A stretch of 64,000 bases of DNA from Planctomycetaceae bacterium. Lineage in GTDB: Bacteria; Planctomycetota; Planctomycetia; Planctomycetales; Planctomycetaceae. Under the pieces are notes generated by a model. The model did no database searches. It saw only the letters and a program-made list of their open reading frames with translations, and was not told where the DNA came from. Shown here in pieces: positions 29,785-40,134 of this stretch; positions within the stretch are counted from its first letter, which is position 1; every line of letters starts with the position of its first letter. A program made the translations under genes and the position numbers. The stretch is taken from positions 309-64,308 of the forward strand of contig JABURQ010000208.1 of assembly GCA_014762625.1 (NCBI GenBank), in the 5' to 3' direction.

Positions 29785-30414
29785 ATGAATCAGCGCAAGG
29801 ATCGCTTTGAAGAATCACACCCGTTCGGCAGCGCGTTCGCGCGTTTGATCGATCGGTTTTCCCGCTTGCCGGGAATTGGGAAAAAATCGGCAGAACGACT
29901 CGCCAGTCACATATTGATGTCCCATCAGGATGAAGCGGACGAATTAGTCCAGGCAATCCAGGATGTGAAACGTCTGGTGAAACGCTGTTCGGTTTGTTTC
30001 AACCTCAGTGAAGAAGAACAATGCCCGATCTGTCGCGATCCCCGTCGCGATCACTCGCAAATCTGTGTGGTGGAGCAACCGCGGGATGTCACTGCGATGG
30101 AAGGTGCGGGGGTGTTTGCAGGCGTGTACCACGTCTTACACGGTCGAATCTCGCCACTTGATGGAGTGGGGCCTGAAAACTTAACACTGGACGCTCTTTT
30201 GAAGAGAGTTCGACAAGATGAAGTCGAAGAGGTTGTAATGGCGACCAACCCCAACACAGAAGGAGATGGCACAGCATTATTTATCACCAATCTGTTGCAA
30301 AATGAACCTGTGAAAATTACACGCCTCGCCAGAGGAATCGCGACCGGAAGCGTTCTTGAATTTGCCAACCGCGAGATGCTGGCAGATGCCATGCGTGGGC
30401 GACAGAATATTTAA
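29785..30414 (+). CDS. recR: Recombination protein RecR
   Basis: 209 aa. It has a helix-hairpin-helix ([13 protein letters not shown]), a C4 zinc finger ([16 protein letters not shown]) and a Toprim segment. Confidence 0.9.
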   Translation: MNQRKDRFEESHPFGSAFARLIDRFSRLPGIGKKSAERLASHILMSHQDEADELVQAIQDVKRLVKRCSVCFNLSEEEQCPICRDPRRDHSQICVVEQPRDVTAMEGAGVFAGVYHVLHGRISPLDGVGPENLTLDALLKRVRQDEVEEVVMATNPNTEGDGTALFITNLLQNEPVKITRLARGIATGSVLEFANREMLADAMRGRQNI

Positions 30415-30482
30415 TTTTCAATTTTAGACTGAAACCACTTTATCCATTGGGCCCCGGTCGGGGATCATCGAAAGAAACGATC

Positions 30483-31961
30483 ATGCATTTGAATCTGTCC
30501 TCACAGATGACGATGAAGCAGGAGCACGTAATGTCTCCGAACATGATCAAGTCGATGGAGATCCTGCAACTGAATTCGATGGGACTGCTGGAGAAGGTCG
30601 ATCAGGAACTCGAAGACAATCCTCTGCTCGAAAACGAGAATTCCGACGACGAGTTTCAAGACGATGAGGCTCTCAACGAGAATCTCGACACAGACGACTC
30701 ATCGACTGACGAAAAAGAGTTGGTCGTCGAAGATAATGAAAATAACGAGGATGACTTCGAACGCCTTGTGGAGATGGCGTCCGAATGGCCCGATGACAAC
30801 GTAACGACGGCCGGAGGGACATCCTCAAATGCTATCAGTGATATGCGGGAGCGGCAGGATGACATGATGGCCAATGCGGTTGACCATCCGCAGTCGATCC
30901 AGGAATCGCTCGTTGAACAACTCAGTTTTTTCGACCTCTCGGATACAATTCGTCAATTCGCGGAATACATCATCTATAACCTCGATGATGACGGACGCCT
31001 GGTGGCGAGTTTGTCGGAAATGACGCAGGTCTTTCCTGTGGAGATCAGTAACGAACAAGCGGAATTAGCACTTAGAACGGTCCAAAAATTAGATCCTCCG
31101 GGAATTGCGGCTCGCGATTTGAAAGAATGCTGGCTGTTGCAAGTTCCCCCCGATCATCCGATGCGAGACATCCTGATTACTTTGATCTCTTCCCATCTCG
31201 ATGATCTGGCTCACCGCAGATTACCGCAAATCCAGCGTAAGACAGGCTATTCGGTTGAAACGATCAAAGCCGCACTCGAAGAAATGAAAACCTTCAATGC
31301 GTTTCCGGGACGCTCGCAAGAGGCGGAACCGGTTCAGAAAGTGACCGCCGATATGGTGGTCGAGAAGGATGACGACGGAAAATATGTGGTTCGCCTTCTG
31401 GACGAATACGTCCCTTCGTTGCGAATCAGCCCTAAGTATGCAGAGATGCTGAAGAACGGCGTCGATGATGGAACGCGCGAATTTATCAAGAATAAACTTG
31501 AATCAGCCAAATGGTTGATTGAAGCAATCGAGCAGCGTTTCAGTACGATGATAAAAGTGGCGCAGACCATCGTTGATTTTCAAACGGATTTCCTTGAGAA
31601 CGGCCCCGAACACATTGTGCCGCTCAAAATGCAACAGGTGGCCGATGTGGTGGGCGTTCATGTCACCACCGTCTCGCGGGCTGTCAATGACAAGTGGATC
31701 CAGACTCCTCGCGGTCTATTCGCACTGAAGCGATTCTTCGGCGGAGGGACTCAAACCGCAGATGGTGAGGAGGTGGCTCTCGACATCGTGAGGCTGAAAC
31801 TCAAGGAAATTATTGAGAATGAAGACAAGGATTCACCACTTAGCGACGATGCACTCGTGAAAGAGCTCAAGAAGCAGGGTTATCCACTGGCCCGAAGAAC
31901 CGTGACGAAGTATCGCAAGATGATGAATATTCCGTCATCACGTCACCGCAAATCATTTTGA
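30483..31961 (+). CDS. rpoN: RNA polymerase sigma-54 factor
   Basis: Region I (MKQEHVMSPNMIKSMEILQL), an acidic region II, and a C-terminal HTH plus RpoN box (ARRTVTKYRKMMNIPSSRHRK). Confidence 0.9.
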   Translation: MHLNLSSQMTMKQEHVMSPNMIKSMEILQLNSMGLLEKVDQELEDNPLLENENSDDEFQDDEALNENLDTDDSSTDEKELVVEDNENNEDDFERLVEMASEWPDDNVTTAGGTSSNAISDMRERQDDMMANAVDHPQSIQESLVEQLSFFDLSDTIRQFAEYIIYNLDDDGRLVASLSEMTQVFPVEISNEQAELALRTVQKLDPPGIAARDLKECWLLQVPPDHPMRDILITLISSHLDDLAHRRLPQIQRKTGYSVETIKAALEEMKTFNAFPGRSQEAEPVQKVTADMVVEKDDDGKYVVRLLDEYVPSLRISPKYAEMLKNGVDDGTREFIKNKLESAKWLIEAIEQRFSTMIKVAQTIVDFQTDFLENGPEHIVPLKMQQVADVVGVHVTTVSRAVNDKWIQTPRGLFALKRFFGGGTQTADGEEVALDIVRLKLKEIIENEDKDSPLSDDALVKELKKQGYPLARRTVTKYRKMMNIPSSRHRKSF

Positions 31962-33757
31962 AATGAGCTTGCTGACGCACCATACCGATACAAGGTCGTG
32001 GTCGGGAATTGCTTCCAGAGCTGAAATTGCCCGGGCGAATACATCTCATCCAGGTTGAGCGACGCCAGTGTAGACTCAATGGTTTGGGGTGATGTCTTGG
32101 AAAGAATCAGAACGGCTGTCTGGGCATTGAGAGAACCGTGATCTTCGGGACGTTCAAAGTGATACATCCCAAGCTCTGAATGGCGTGCATAATATTTGAT
32201 CGGAGCGGAACAGGGAGTGACGGCTATCACAGGAGTCTCTTCCGGAAGCTGGTCAGACAGAAAATGAACAATCTCTCTTGCCTCCGGGACCGCACCGGTC
32301 TCTTGAGAACTTTCTACGGAATTATTGACGAGCATATGAATCGGGGGCCAAAGACAGATTGCTGATGATGCAATTCCCCAGCCAAAGATTTGGCTATATG
32401 GTAAGGGTGATCTCTCCCAGAACTGTTGTAATCCGGCACCGGTAAATATGGCTGCGAGAGGAATCAGAAATAGCCAGATACGTTCCGGGGGAACAACTCG
32501 CTGAGCTGTTAACAGCGTGACTGGAATCAGCACACTGGCCATGGCTGTCAGGAGAGAGAAACGAGTACGTCTACGGCACATGACGATACCCGCGAGAGTT
32601 GCCAGGAAAGCGATTCCAGCGACCGTCAGACCAATGTCGCGGCTCAGGAATTTGATTGTGAAGAATGCAGATTCGCTCAAGCGTTTCCCAAACTCATGCC
32701 ATGAGAGCGACCCTACATAGGGATTCGCAATCAGCGCCCGTGGGCCTTCCACCAGTAGGATTGGTAAGTACAGAAGCAGTGTGAAGATGATGATTCCGAT
32801 TCCACATATGAGGAGCCGTTGAAACCTCTTGACGACTCGAAAAGTCTGATTCGGAGATCTCTGGGGGGCCAAAACTGCCCAGGTGAAAATCATCGACAAG
32901 GGATACAGCATCACCGGAATGACCCAGAGTCCGTATGCTCCTGAGAGAATGAGTCCGATGATTGCCGCGCGATTTCCTGTCTCGCGTATTTTGTCAGCAC
33001 AAAGCCAGGCGAACAACGTAAAGAGACCGACGAGAGTATAGCCGCGCGCATTGGTCGAATATTCGATGAGCGGTGAAGACGTTGCGACAACCGCTGCGGC
33101 AAAGACGGCGCCTGCTGATGCAGATGAAAACTGCCGGGCTAGCAGATAAGCGAACGGAATCATCAATACGCCCGCCAGAAAAGCCGGCAGTCGGATGATG
33201 GGTTCCGAGTCTCCCATTAATTGCGTCGTGAGATGTACAAACAGGTTATGGCCGACATGGTTGTTAGGCTCCGTGTATTTTGCCACGGTCACAAACCACG
33301 GTTGCGAAGAGTATTCCAGAAACGAATGAGCTTCATCGTACCTCATTGGTTGCTGGAGATAGAGGAGTCGCAGTCCGGTTCCTACCAGGATGAGAACCGT
33401 CAAAGATAATTTTCTCTCACGAAATTGTATTCCCCATTTTCGAAACAGAATCTTGCTATCTCTGAATGACTGCTCTATGGAAGCAATGAGATTCCGTTCC
33501 CATCTGGAGCGAGTGCATTGCAGAACAGCAGTCATTCCAACGAGGCTCATCCCGATCGCTAGAAATGCCCATTGAAGACGTTTGTGAAGAGATTCTGTGT
33601 AGGGGGTCGCGGAGCCGTCTCCTGCGAGCGAGTCGAGACTTTGCCTGATTGTGAGGTAAGGGGTCGAACATACTCCAATGCAGATCAATCCGACCAATAG
33701 CAGGATCGTAAGTGAGATAGTGATCCTCGGATTCCGGTGATGTCGGATGTAACTCAC
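31943..33757 (-). CDS. Polytopic membrane protein, GT-C fold glycosyltransferase-like (family 39/83-like)
   Basis: 604 aa with more than 10 TM segments and an RYDEAHSF loop after TM1, similar to the DE-type first-loop motif of PMT/ArnT enzymes. GTG start. Confidence 0.5.
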   Translation of the reverse strand: MSYIRHHRNPRITISLTILLLVGLICIGVCSTPYLTIRQSLDSLAGDGSATPYTESLHKRLQWAFLAIGMSLVGMTAVLQCTRSRWERNLIASIEQSFRDSKILFRKWGIQFRERKLSLTVLILVGTGLRLLYLQQPMRYDEAHSFLEYSSQPWFVTVAKYTEPNNHVGHNLFVHLTTQLMGDSEPIIRLPAFLAGVLMIPFAYLLARQFSSASAGAVFAAAVVATSSPLIEYSTNARGYTLVGLFTLFAWLCADKIRETGNRAAIIGLILSGAYGLWVIPVMLYPLSMIFTWAVLAPQRSPNQTFRVVKRFQRLLICGIGIIIFTLLLYLPILLVEGPRALIANPYVGSLSWHEFGKRLSESAFFTIKFLSRDIGLTVAGIAFLATLAGIVMCRRRTRFSLLTAMASVLIPVTLLTAQRVVPPERIWLFLIPLAAIFTGAGLQQFWERSPLPYSQIFGWGIASSAICLWPPIHMLVNNSVESSQETGAVPEAREIVHFLSDQLPEETPVIAVTPCSAPIKYYARHSELGMYHFERPEDHGSLNAQTAVLILSKTSPQTIESTLASLNLDEMYSPGQFQLWKQFPTTTLYRYGASASSFQNDLR

Positions 33758-33963
33758 GCGTTCTTCAACCTCTGAGTAGGCGGTAGGAGATTGGATACCA
33801 GTTTAGCACAAATCTCGGGAATCTGAGCCCCTATGATTGCGTGTGTTCTGGTTCTGATATTTGCGTGAAAATAACGACATCATTCATTTCCGACGAGTTC
33901 TGTTGATCAGAATGCCCATGATGTGCTATGTATCCCGCTTGGAATTGAATCCGAGCCGGCACT

Positions 33964-35766
33964 ATGACTCAAGAAAACGATTTCTCCTCTTCTCGACGAC
34001 ACTTGATTCTCATCGTTCTGACGGGACTGTTGTTGGGACTTCCCGGCTTGGGCTCTAGTCTGTTGTGGGATCAGGATGAAGGCTTCTATGCCAGTGTCTC
34101 TCGAGAAATGCACGAACGGTCCGACTGGATTGTGCCAACGTTTAATCAAGAATTGTTTGCTCATAAGCCTCCCGTCATGTATTGGGGGATGATGTTGGGG
34201 ATTCGAGCTTTCGGACTTTCCGAATGGTCGGTTCGTATCGTTTCGGTTTTGATGGGAATCGGGACTTCCCTGATTACTTATCTGATCGGGCGAAAGCTAT
34301 TCCCCGGCCGAGACGGAGCGACAGCCTCTTTTTACGGTGCGCTGGTGTTACTTTCGTCCATCTATTTTTCCGTCGTCTCGCGCTCGGCAACCGCCGACGC
34401 CCATTTGACATTCTTCATCGCTGTCAGCATCTGGTGCTGGTTGTCTGCGAGAGGACGGCGGATTGTAAATACTCCGAATAGAAAATCGCCAATCGTTATG
34501 TGGATTGGATGTTATTCGGCGATGGGATTGGCTGTGTTGACTAAAGGGCCGATTGGGTTTCTCTTCCCGATGACCATCATCGGCTGGGTGACGTGGCGAC
34601 AGGTGGCTCAAGATGATGCTGGCTTAAAAGAGGCTGATTCGTGGCGCCGACGCTGGCTTGGCTTTCTGCACCCGCAGTATTTTTTCAGAGCGTTATGGGA
34701 GATGAAGGCTGTTCCGGGCCTTGTCCTGATTCTCATCGTCTCCGCTCCCTGGTATTGGGCTGTGGAAGTTCAATCGGGAGGCAAGTTTTTCGCCGAGTTT
34801 TTTGGCGTTCATCATTGGCAACGATTCTCTCAATCAATGGATAATCATTCCGGGCCCTGGTTTTATTACATCGCGGCTTGCGTGGTTGGATTTTATCCCT
34901 GGAGTACTTTCGCCATTCCTGTGGGAGTACATCTTTTCAAGAGCGGCTCCTACGAAAGCCGCTCGTTCCGATTTCTTTACACCTGGATCGCCGTGTATTT
35001 TATCGTGTTTTCCATGGCGAATACCAAATTGCCAAATTATGTGCTACCCGCCTACCCTGCAATAGCCTTGTTGATCGGCTCATTTGTGGCCTCCTGGAGC
35101 CGTAAGGAAGTATTCTCCTCACGTTGGATTGCCGTAGGATGGATCGTGTTGTCATTGGTTGGTTTCGTCTTTCTCATACCTCGTTTTCTCCTGGGAGGTC
35201 TGGAGCTTCCGGAGAAAATTGCGGTCGAGCAACTACGAGTACTGTTGGATGCGTTGGTATGGTTGGCTGTCCCGCTGATGGTGACAGGATTGTTCGGATG
35301 GTTTTGTTACCAGCGAAATTTAATGAAGATGGCTCGTCAGCTTTTCGGGACTGCGGCCGTCATCTGGATTCTGGTTTTCTGGCTGCGAGTTGTTCCGGTT
35401 GTGGATCGCTATCAGGGTTCTCAACGACTTGTGAAAGTTGTTCACCAAGTGAGCGACAATGAGAGGCCTCAGGTCGTGAGTTATCGCTGTTTTCGTCCCA
35501 GTTTAGTCTATTATCTGGGCGGTCGTGTGGAGTTTGCTGGTGAGTCGCGTCAACTTCGTCGAACATGCCGACAGTCGGATGAAACGTATGTCATCATGAC
35601 CAAGAATGACTATGAAGACTCCCTGTTTGATGCGAGGTGCGCCGTTGAGACGATCGACTCCCGAGCTCAATTCCCCTGGCAAGCTGATTTGCGGTTGCTG
35701 AAAGTAACACGGAAAACGTCTGTCGCAGATCGACTCACGAAGAGCTCTCCTATTGAAACTCGATGA
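33964..35766 (+). CDS. ArnT/PMT-like glycosyltransferase family 39 protein
   Basis: 600 aa. LWDQDEGFYASVSREM...FAHKPPVMYW is the characteristic first periplasmic loop, with many TM segments. Confidence 0.7.
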   Translation: MTQENDFSSSRRHLILIVLTGLLLGLPGLGSSLLWDQDEGFYASVSREMHERSDWIVPTFNQELFAHKPPVMYWGMMLGIRAFGLSEWSVRIVSVLMGIGTSLITYLIGRKLFPGRDGATASFYGALVLLSSIYFSVVSRSATADAHLTFFIAVSIWCWLSARGRRIVNTPNRKSPIVMWIGCYSAMGLAVLTKGPIGFLFPMTIIGWVTWRQVAQDDAGLKEADSWRRRWLGFLHPQYFFRALWEMKAVPGLVLILIVSAPWYWAVEVQSGGKFFAEFFGVHHWQRFSQSMDNHSGPWFYYIAACVVGFYPWSTFAIPVGVHLFKSGSYESRSFRFLYTWIAVYFIVFSMANTKLPNYVLPAYPAIALLIGSFVASWSRKEVFSSRWIAVGWIVLSLVGFVFLIPRFLLGGLELPEKIAVEQLRVLLDALVWLAVPLMVTGLFGWFCYQRNLMKMARQLFGTAAVIWILVFWLRVVPVVDRYQGSQRLVKVVHQVSDNERPQVVSYRCFRPSLVYYLGGRVEFAGESRQLRRTCRQSDETYVIMTKNDYEDSLFDARCAVETIDSRAQFPWQADLRLLKVTRKTSVADRLTKSSPIETR

Positions 35767-35803
35767 CAGAATCTGTTTGACGGGCGATAAGACATCGGCT
35801 TCT

Positions 35804-36391
35804 TTACATGTGTCCCCAACTGTGTGCCAACACACGGCCAGTATGACTGCTCAGCAAATCCGGCATTGATATCTTCCAGCCTTTGGAAGCGAACGATGGC
35901 CAGTTCCAGAATTCAACGGCAACATGGCAGAATCCAATGTCAGGCACAGTGACCCACTGATCGCAAGGAATATCCATTGCGCATGAAGGGCAAGTGATAT
36001 TGTCAAGGCGATCATCGTTGATGAAAGAACTGACACAATCATAGATCGCATCCATGACGACGTGTTGGTCGGAAAATCGTTCGTCGCATTCTGGACATCC
36101 TGATTCTTCAAAGACCGGAAACCCGAAAAAGTTCACATAGCGATCGGTGTGCAGCTTCACACCGATCGTACGCAACATATCCCAGTAACGAAGCTCTTGC
36201 TCCCCATAGTCGTATAATTCTCGAAGACGTGGACCGGGTGGATAGCCGACACCGGTCAGCACACATTCCGATTGTGCTTCGGGAAGAATGATGCGTTCTG
36301 ATATGAGCGTGTCGATGATTGATTGCCCAATCGAAGGCGCACCCGCAAGTTCAGCATCATGATCGATCAGTAATTGGTAACTTTCCGACAT
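35804..36391 (-). CDS. Hypothetical protein with a split CxxC...CxxC zinc-ribbon-like motif
   Basis: Start taken at MSESYQLLIDH (195 aa). It has CPEC and CPSC pairs. The longer ORF extension is low-complexity and runs into the tRNA. Confidence 0.4.
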   Translation of the reverse strand: MSESYQLLIDHDAELAGAPSIGQSIIDTLISERIILPEAQSECVLTGVGYPPGPRLRELYDYGEQELRYWDMLRTIGVKLHTDRYVNFFGFPVFEESGCPECDERFSDQHVVMDAIYDCVSSFINDDRLDNITCPSCAMDIPCDQWVTVPDIGFCHVAVEFWNWPSFASKGWKISMPDLLSSHTGRVLAHSWGHM

Positions 36392-36608
36392 GGAGAAACC
36401 ACTACGAAAACCGAATGGTAGACGGTCAGCTGTTAAGTATTTGCATCTCTGGTCAGTTTCCGTTCCGGAAAAGCGATTTCCAAAGCGGCCGATCTTTCTG
36501 TCAGCAGAACGGGACCGATATGATACCATGCTGGCTTGTGTACTATGATTTCCCGCAGTTGACCCAGTCTCGACGCTTATGGCGGGCGGATATGAAGAGG
36601 CTTTGAAA

Positions 36609-36679
36609 TTACCCCACAAGGATTCGAACCTTGACTGACAGAACCAGAATCTGTAGTGCTACCGTTACACCATGGGGCA
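36609..36679 (-). tRNA. tRNA-Gln (anticodon CTG)
   Basis: A 71-nt cloverleaf folded by hand: acceptor TGCCCCA/TGGGGTA, anticodon arm ACAGA-TTCTGGT-TCTGT, T arm CAAGG-TTCGAAT-CCTTG. Confidence 0.9.
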
Positions 36680-36765
36680 ATGTACGAAACAGACACGGTC
36701 TAAGCCGCATTTGTTCGTTTGCGTCACTATTTTAGAAGAATCCTCGATGGAGGCCAAGTCGTCCG

Positions 36766-37584
36766 ATGAATAATTTCCCACGTTTACTGCATCCTCTCTG
36801 CTTGATGGTTTTGTGTTTGTCCACGATTTTCGCGCAAGATGAAGGAACTCGTACTGACTGGCTGCAACAGCAACCAGAACTCCAGAAACAAAGGCGACAA
36901 CAACTCGAGCAATTGACTCAAATGATCGAGGAGAATCCCGAACGGCTCGATCTTTATTCCAGACGTGGGGACTTGTCGTTCTTTCTAGGCGACTCCGAAC
37001 AAGCGGTCTCCGATTACGACAAAATGGTTGAATTATCGCCGTCTATTGATGCGAGCCATTGGCGACGGGGGATCGCCCTTTTTTACACCGGCAAGTACAA
37101 GGAGGCGGCTGCTCAGTTTGATCGTTATCACTCCTTTGACGACGTGGATCGTGAGAATGGCATCTGGCGTTATTTATCGCATTACAAAGCGTTCGGGAAA
37201 GAGAAGGCGCGAGCGGAATTGCTCAAATATGAGAAGGACGATCGCGAGCCCTTTCCCTCGGTCTACAAACTGTTTGCAGGGAAAATCGCTCCCGAGCAGA
37301 TTCTGAAAGAGATCGAAACGGCAGAGATCAGTGAGCCCCAACGCGAGTCTCGCATATTCTACGCCTCGTTGTACATCGGGATGAACTATGTCGTGGAAGA
37401 GAAGCCGGAACTGGCGAAAAAAACGTTGAAGAAGATGCTGGGGAATACCTGGGGGCCGAAAGCAGGTTACGGACCTAATTTTATGTGGGAAGTGGGGCGA
37501 TTACAGTACGAGTTGCTTCAGTCTCAAACGAGTAAAGACGAATCCGGTATGGGGATAAGTAACTCAAAATCAACCAGCGAGTAG
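36766..37584 (+). CDS. Secreted TPR-repeat protein
   Basis: Signal peptide (LCLMVLCLSTIFAQDEG) and TPR-like repeats (YSRRGDLSFFLGDSEQAVSDYDKMVEL...). Confidence 0.55.
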   Translation: MNNFPRLLHPLCLMVLCLSTIFAQDEGTRTDWLQQQPELQKQRRQQLEQLTQMIEENPERLDLYSRRGDLSFFLGDSEQAVSDYDKMVELSPSIDASHWRRGIALFYTGKYKEAAAQFDRYHSFDDVDRENGIWRYLSHYKAFGKEKARAELLKYEKDDREPFPSVYKLFAGKIAPEQILKEIETAEISEPQRESRIFYASLYIGMNYVVEEKPELAKKTLKKMLGNTWGPKAGYGPNFMWEVGRLQYELLQSQTSKDESGMGISNSKSTSE

Positions 37585-38462
37585 GCGATTCTTCCGTCCT
37601 TCTGGAGTAACTCACCATTTTTGCGAGTCCGAACAATATAATGGCGGGGTTTGTTGTCCAGAACATAAAACCCTTTACGTTCGAGGGAATTCTGAACGTC
37701 TTCTGTCATCTGAAATAGTTGTTTTTCCGTTAGTTTGCCGGCCAGGAATGCCAATTCAGCGTCGTCCCCTTTTTCCCAACTGAACAGCACGATGTACTGC
37801 CGATGAATGTTCAGCTGGAGTCGCTGGTGTTCGGGAAACTGCTTCTGGTCCAATTCCAGTAATCGCGCGTAGTGATTGAATCGAAGCTGAGTGCGTCCCA
37901 ATTGCCACAGCTTGTGCTCTCGAGGAGGCGAATAAATGGCCAACGGTCGACCGGTCATGATGCGGGGTGTCCCGTTTTCGGAAGGCATCCGAATCTTTTT
38001 GATCTGACCGAATTCGTAAAAAGGGCTGTTGAATCGCGAGTTATCGACAAGGTGATGCGGTATATTGCCGGGATAAGTGACGGTGATATGTAACGGTACG
38101 TCCTGGGCGAAACGGGAAAATTTGACGACCAGGTCAATTACACGACCGTCATCACCGACCGTCCCAACGCGATAGACGGCTCCCGTACCACGTGTGAGAC
38201 GTGTTCCGAAATTGACGTATTGTTTGTCGGTGTACCATTTTTCCGGGGCCAAGTGATCCCTCCAGGGCCATCCGTAACGGGTCAACCACATCAGACCGCC
38301 GTCCTCGAATTCCTGCTCGATGTAGGGAACATCGTAGACAAGTCGTGAGACTTCGGAGGGGGCGTCATCGAACTGAGAAAAATCGGGCGACATGCGGGGA
38401 ATCTTTCCGGGACCGCTGAACTCACAGGGTGAGTTAGGTATGATATTTCCATCATACTCCAT
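37524..38462 (-). CDS. Hypothetical protein with protein-kinase-like (LPS kinase/RIO-like) motif pattern
   Basis: VVKF (beta3 Lys-like), [11 protein letters not shown] (catalytic-loop-like D-x-K-P) and LVDFE (DFG-like) occur in the correct order. The start at MEYDG avoids overlap with purE. Confidence 0.4.
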   Translation of the reverse strand: MEYDGNIIPNSPCEFSGPGKIPRMSPDFSQFDDAPSEVSRLVYDVPYIEQEFEDGGLMWLTRYGWPWRDHLAPEKWYTDKQYVNFGTRLTRGTGAVYRVGTVGDDGRVIDLVVKFSRFAQDVPLHITVTYPGNIPHHLVDNSRFNSPFYEFGQIKKIRMPSENGTPRIMTGRPLAIYSPPREHKLWQLGRTQLRFNHYARLLELDQKQFPEHQRLQLNIHRQYIVLFSWEKGDDAELAFLAGKLTEKQLFQMTEDVQNSLERKGFYVLDNKPRHYIVRTRKNGELLQKDGRIAYSLVDFELLIPIPDSSLLV

Positions 38463-38504
38463 CCGGCTCCAGGAGGGGACGGAGCAGACTACCCGGAGAA
38501 CGTT

Positions 38505-38999
38505 ATGGCGGAAAATTCGACACCTCTGGTCGGCGTGATCATGGGGAGCAAATCCGATTGGGAAACCATGCAGGAGGCGGAATCGATTCTCAAGCAATTT
38601 GAGGTTCCGCACGAATGTGAAGTTGTGTCAGCTCATCGAACTCCCGACCGGATGTACGAATATGCGAAATCTGCTGCGGACCGAGGAATCGAGGTGATCA
38701 TCGCCGGGGCAGGAGGTGCCGCCCATCTTCCCGGTATGGTTGCCTCACAAACGGTGTTACCGGTTTTGGGAGTTCCCGTGAAAAGCCGGGCTCTCAACGG
38801 ACTTGATTCGCTGTTGTCAATCGTCCAGATGCCGGGGGGCGTTCCCGTCGGGACATTGGCCATTGGAGCGTCCGGAGCGAAAAATGCGGCGTTACTGGCG
38901 ATTCGGATTCTCGCCACCTCACGCCCTCAATTGCGGTCACAACTCGAAGCGTTCCAGAATCAACAAACCCAAAAGGTGATTGCTGAGGGATTGGGATGA
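38505..38999 (+). CDS. purE: 5-(carboxyamino)imidazole ribonucleotide mutase
   Basis: 164 aa. [20 protein letters not shown] and [10 protein letters not shown] are canonical class-I PurE motifs. Confidence 0.9.
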   Translation: MAENSTPLVGVIMGSKSDWETMQEAESILKQFEVPHECEVVSAHRTPDRMYEYAKSAADRGIEVIIAGAGGAAHLPGMVASQTVLPVLGVPVKSRALNGLDSLLSIVQMPGGVPVGTLAIGASGAKNAALLAIRILATSRPQLRSQLEAFQNQQTQKVIAEGLG

Positions 39000-40129
39000 G
39001 TGATGCGATACTTCCGGGGGCCACGCTCGGGATGTTGGGGTCGGGGCAGTTGGGGCGCATGTTTGCGATTGCCGCACGACGCATGGGCTACCGCATACAC
39101 GTTCTCTCTCCCGATCAGGACTCTCCGACCGGTCAGGTCGCAGATCGCGAATATGTTGCCGAGTATGAAGATCTCGAAGCTGTCAGGGAGTTCGCCCAAG
39201 GTGTCTCCGTTGTCAGTTTTGAGTTCGAGAATGTCCCCGCCAGTACGACGGAAACCGTTGGGGAAATTGTTCCGGTTCGACCAGGTGGTCATGTACTGCA
39301 CGTGACCCAGAACCGCAATCGTGAAAAAACGACTTTAAGCGAGGCCGGCCTACCGGTTACGCCGTTTGCCCCCGTTCGCTCGGAAGAAGAATTGCGAGTG
39401 GCTGTCGAAGCGCTAAAAACTCCCGGTGTTTTAAAGACGGCGGGGGGAGGATACGACGGCAAGGGGCAGCGAATCATACAGGCAGCCTCCGAGGCATTGC
39501 CTATGTGGGAGGATCTCGGGCGGCAAGAAGCCACCTATGAGGCGTTCATCGATTTTCAAGGAGAATGTTCATTGGTGGCGGCACGGGGTGTCACTGGCGA
39601 ATTTGTCGCTTATCCGCTGTTTGAGAATGAACACGCCAATCATATTTTGGATGTGACTCTTTGCCCGGCCCGTGTTCCTCAGCAGGTCCGCGAAGATGCG
39701 GAGCAGATTGCCCGTGCCATCTTCGAGATTCTCGATGTGGTCGGGGTGTTGTGTGTTGAGTATTTCTGGACCCAGGATGATCGTTTACTGATCAATGAGC
39801 TCGCACCTCGACCACATAACTCAGGACATCTGACTGTTGATGCGCATTTGACCTGTCAATTCGAACAACAGGTGAGGGCCGTCTGCGGACTCCCGCTTGG
39901 CTCGGTTCGACAGCATCGCCCTTCGGCGATGGTCAATTTGCTCGGTGATCTGTGGGAAGGGGGAGAGCCGGACTGGAAATCGGTTGCGGCACACAGTACG
40001 ACTAAGCTTCATTTGTACGGGAAACATGAAGCTCGCATTGGTCGAAAAATGGGACATCTGACTGCTCTGGCGGATGATATTGAATCCGCCCGATCGAATG
40101 CTCTTGCGGCACGCGAGACGTTGAAATGA
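38996..40129 (+). CDS. purK: 5-(carboxyamino)imidazole ribonucleotide synthase
   Basis: 377 aa with an ATP-grasp fold ([17 protein letters not shown]). It overlaps the purE stop by 4 nt. Confidence 0.9.
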   Translation: MSDAILPGATLGMLGSGQLGRMFAIAARRMGYRIHVLSPDQDSPTGQVADREYVAEYEDLEAVREFAQGVSVVSFEFENVPASTTETVGEIVPVRPGGHVLHVTQNRNREKTTLSEAGLPVTPFAPVRSEEELRVAVEALKTPGVLKTAGGGYDGKGQRIIQAASEALPMWEDLGRQEATYEAFIDFQGECSLVAARGVTGEFVAYPLFENEHANHILDVTLCPARVPQQVREDAEQIARAIFEILDVVGVLCVEYFWTQDDRLLINELAPRPHNSGHLTVDAHLTCQFEQQVRAVCGLPLGSVRQHRPSAMVNLLGDLWEGGEPDWKSVAAHSTTKLHLYGKHEARIGRKMGHLTALADDIESARSNALAARETLK

Positions 40130-40134
40130 TTGAG

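Noticed and set aside
16393-36679. tRNA-linked genomic island or prophage at tRNA-Arg or tRNA-Gln
   Set aside because: There is no integrase, transposase, or direct repeat of the tRNA 3' end. There is also no compositional break nearby, and the flanking genes are housekeeping or conserved hypotheticals.
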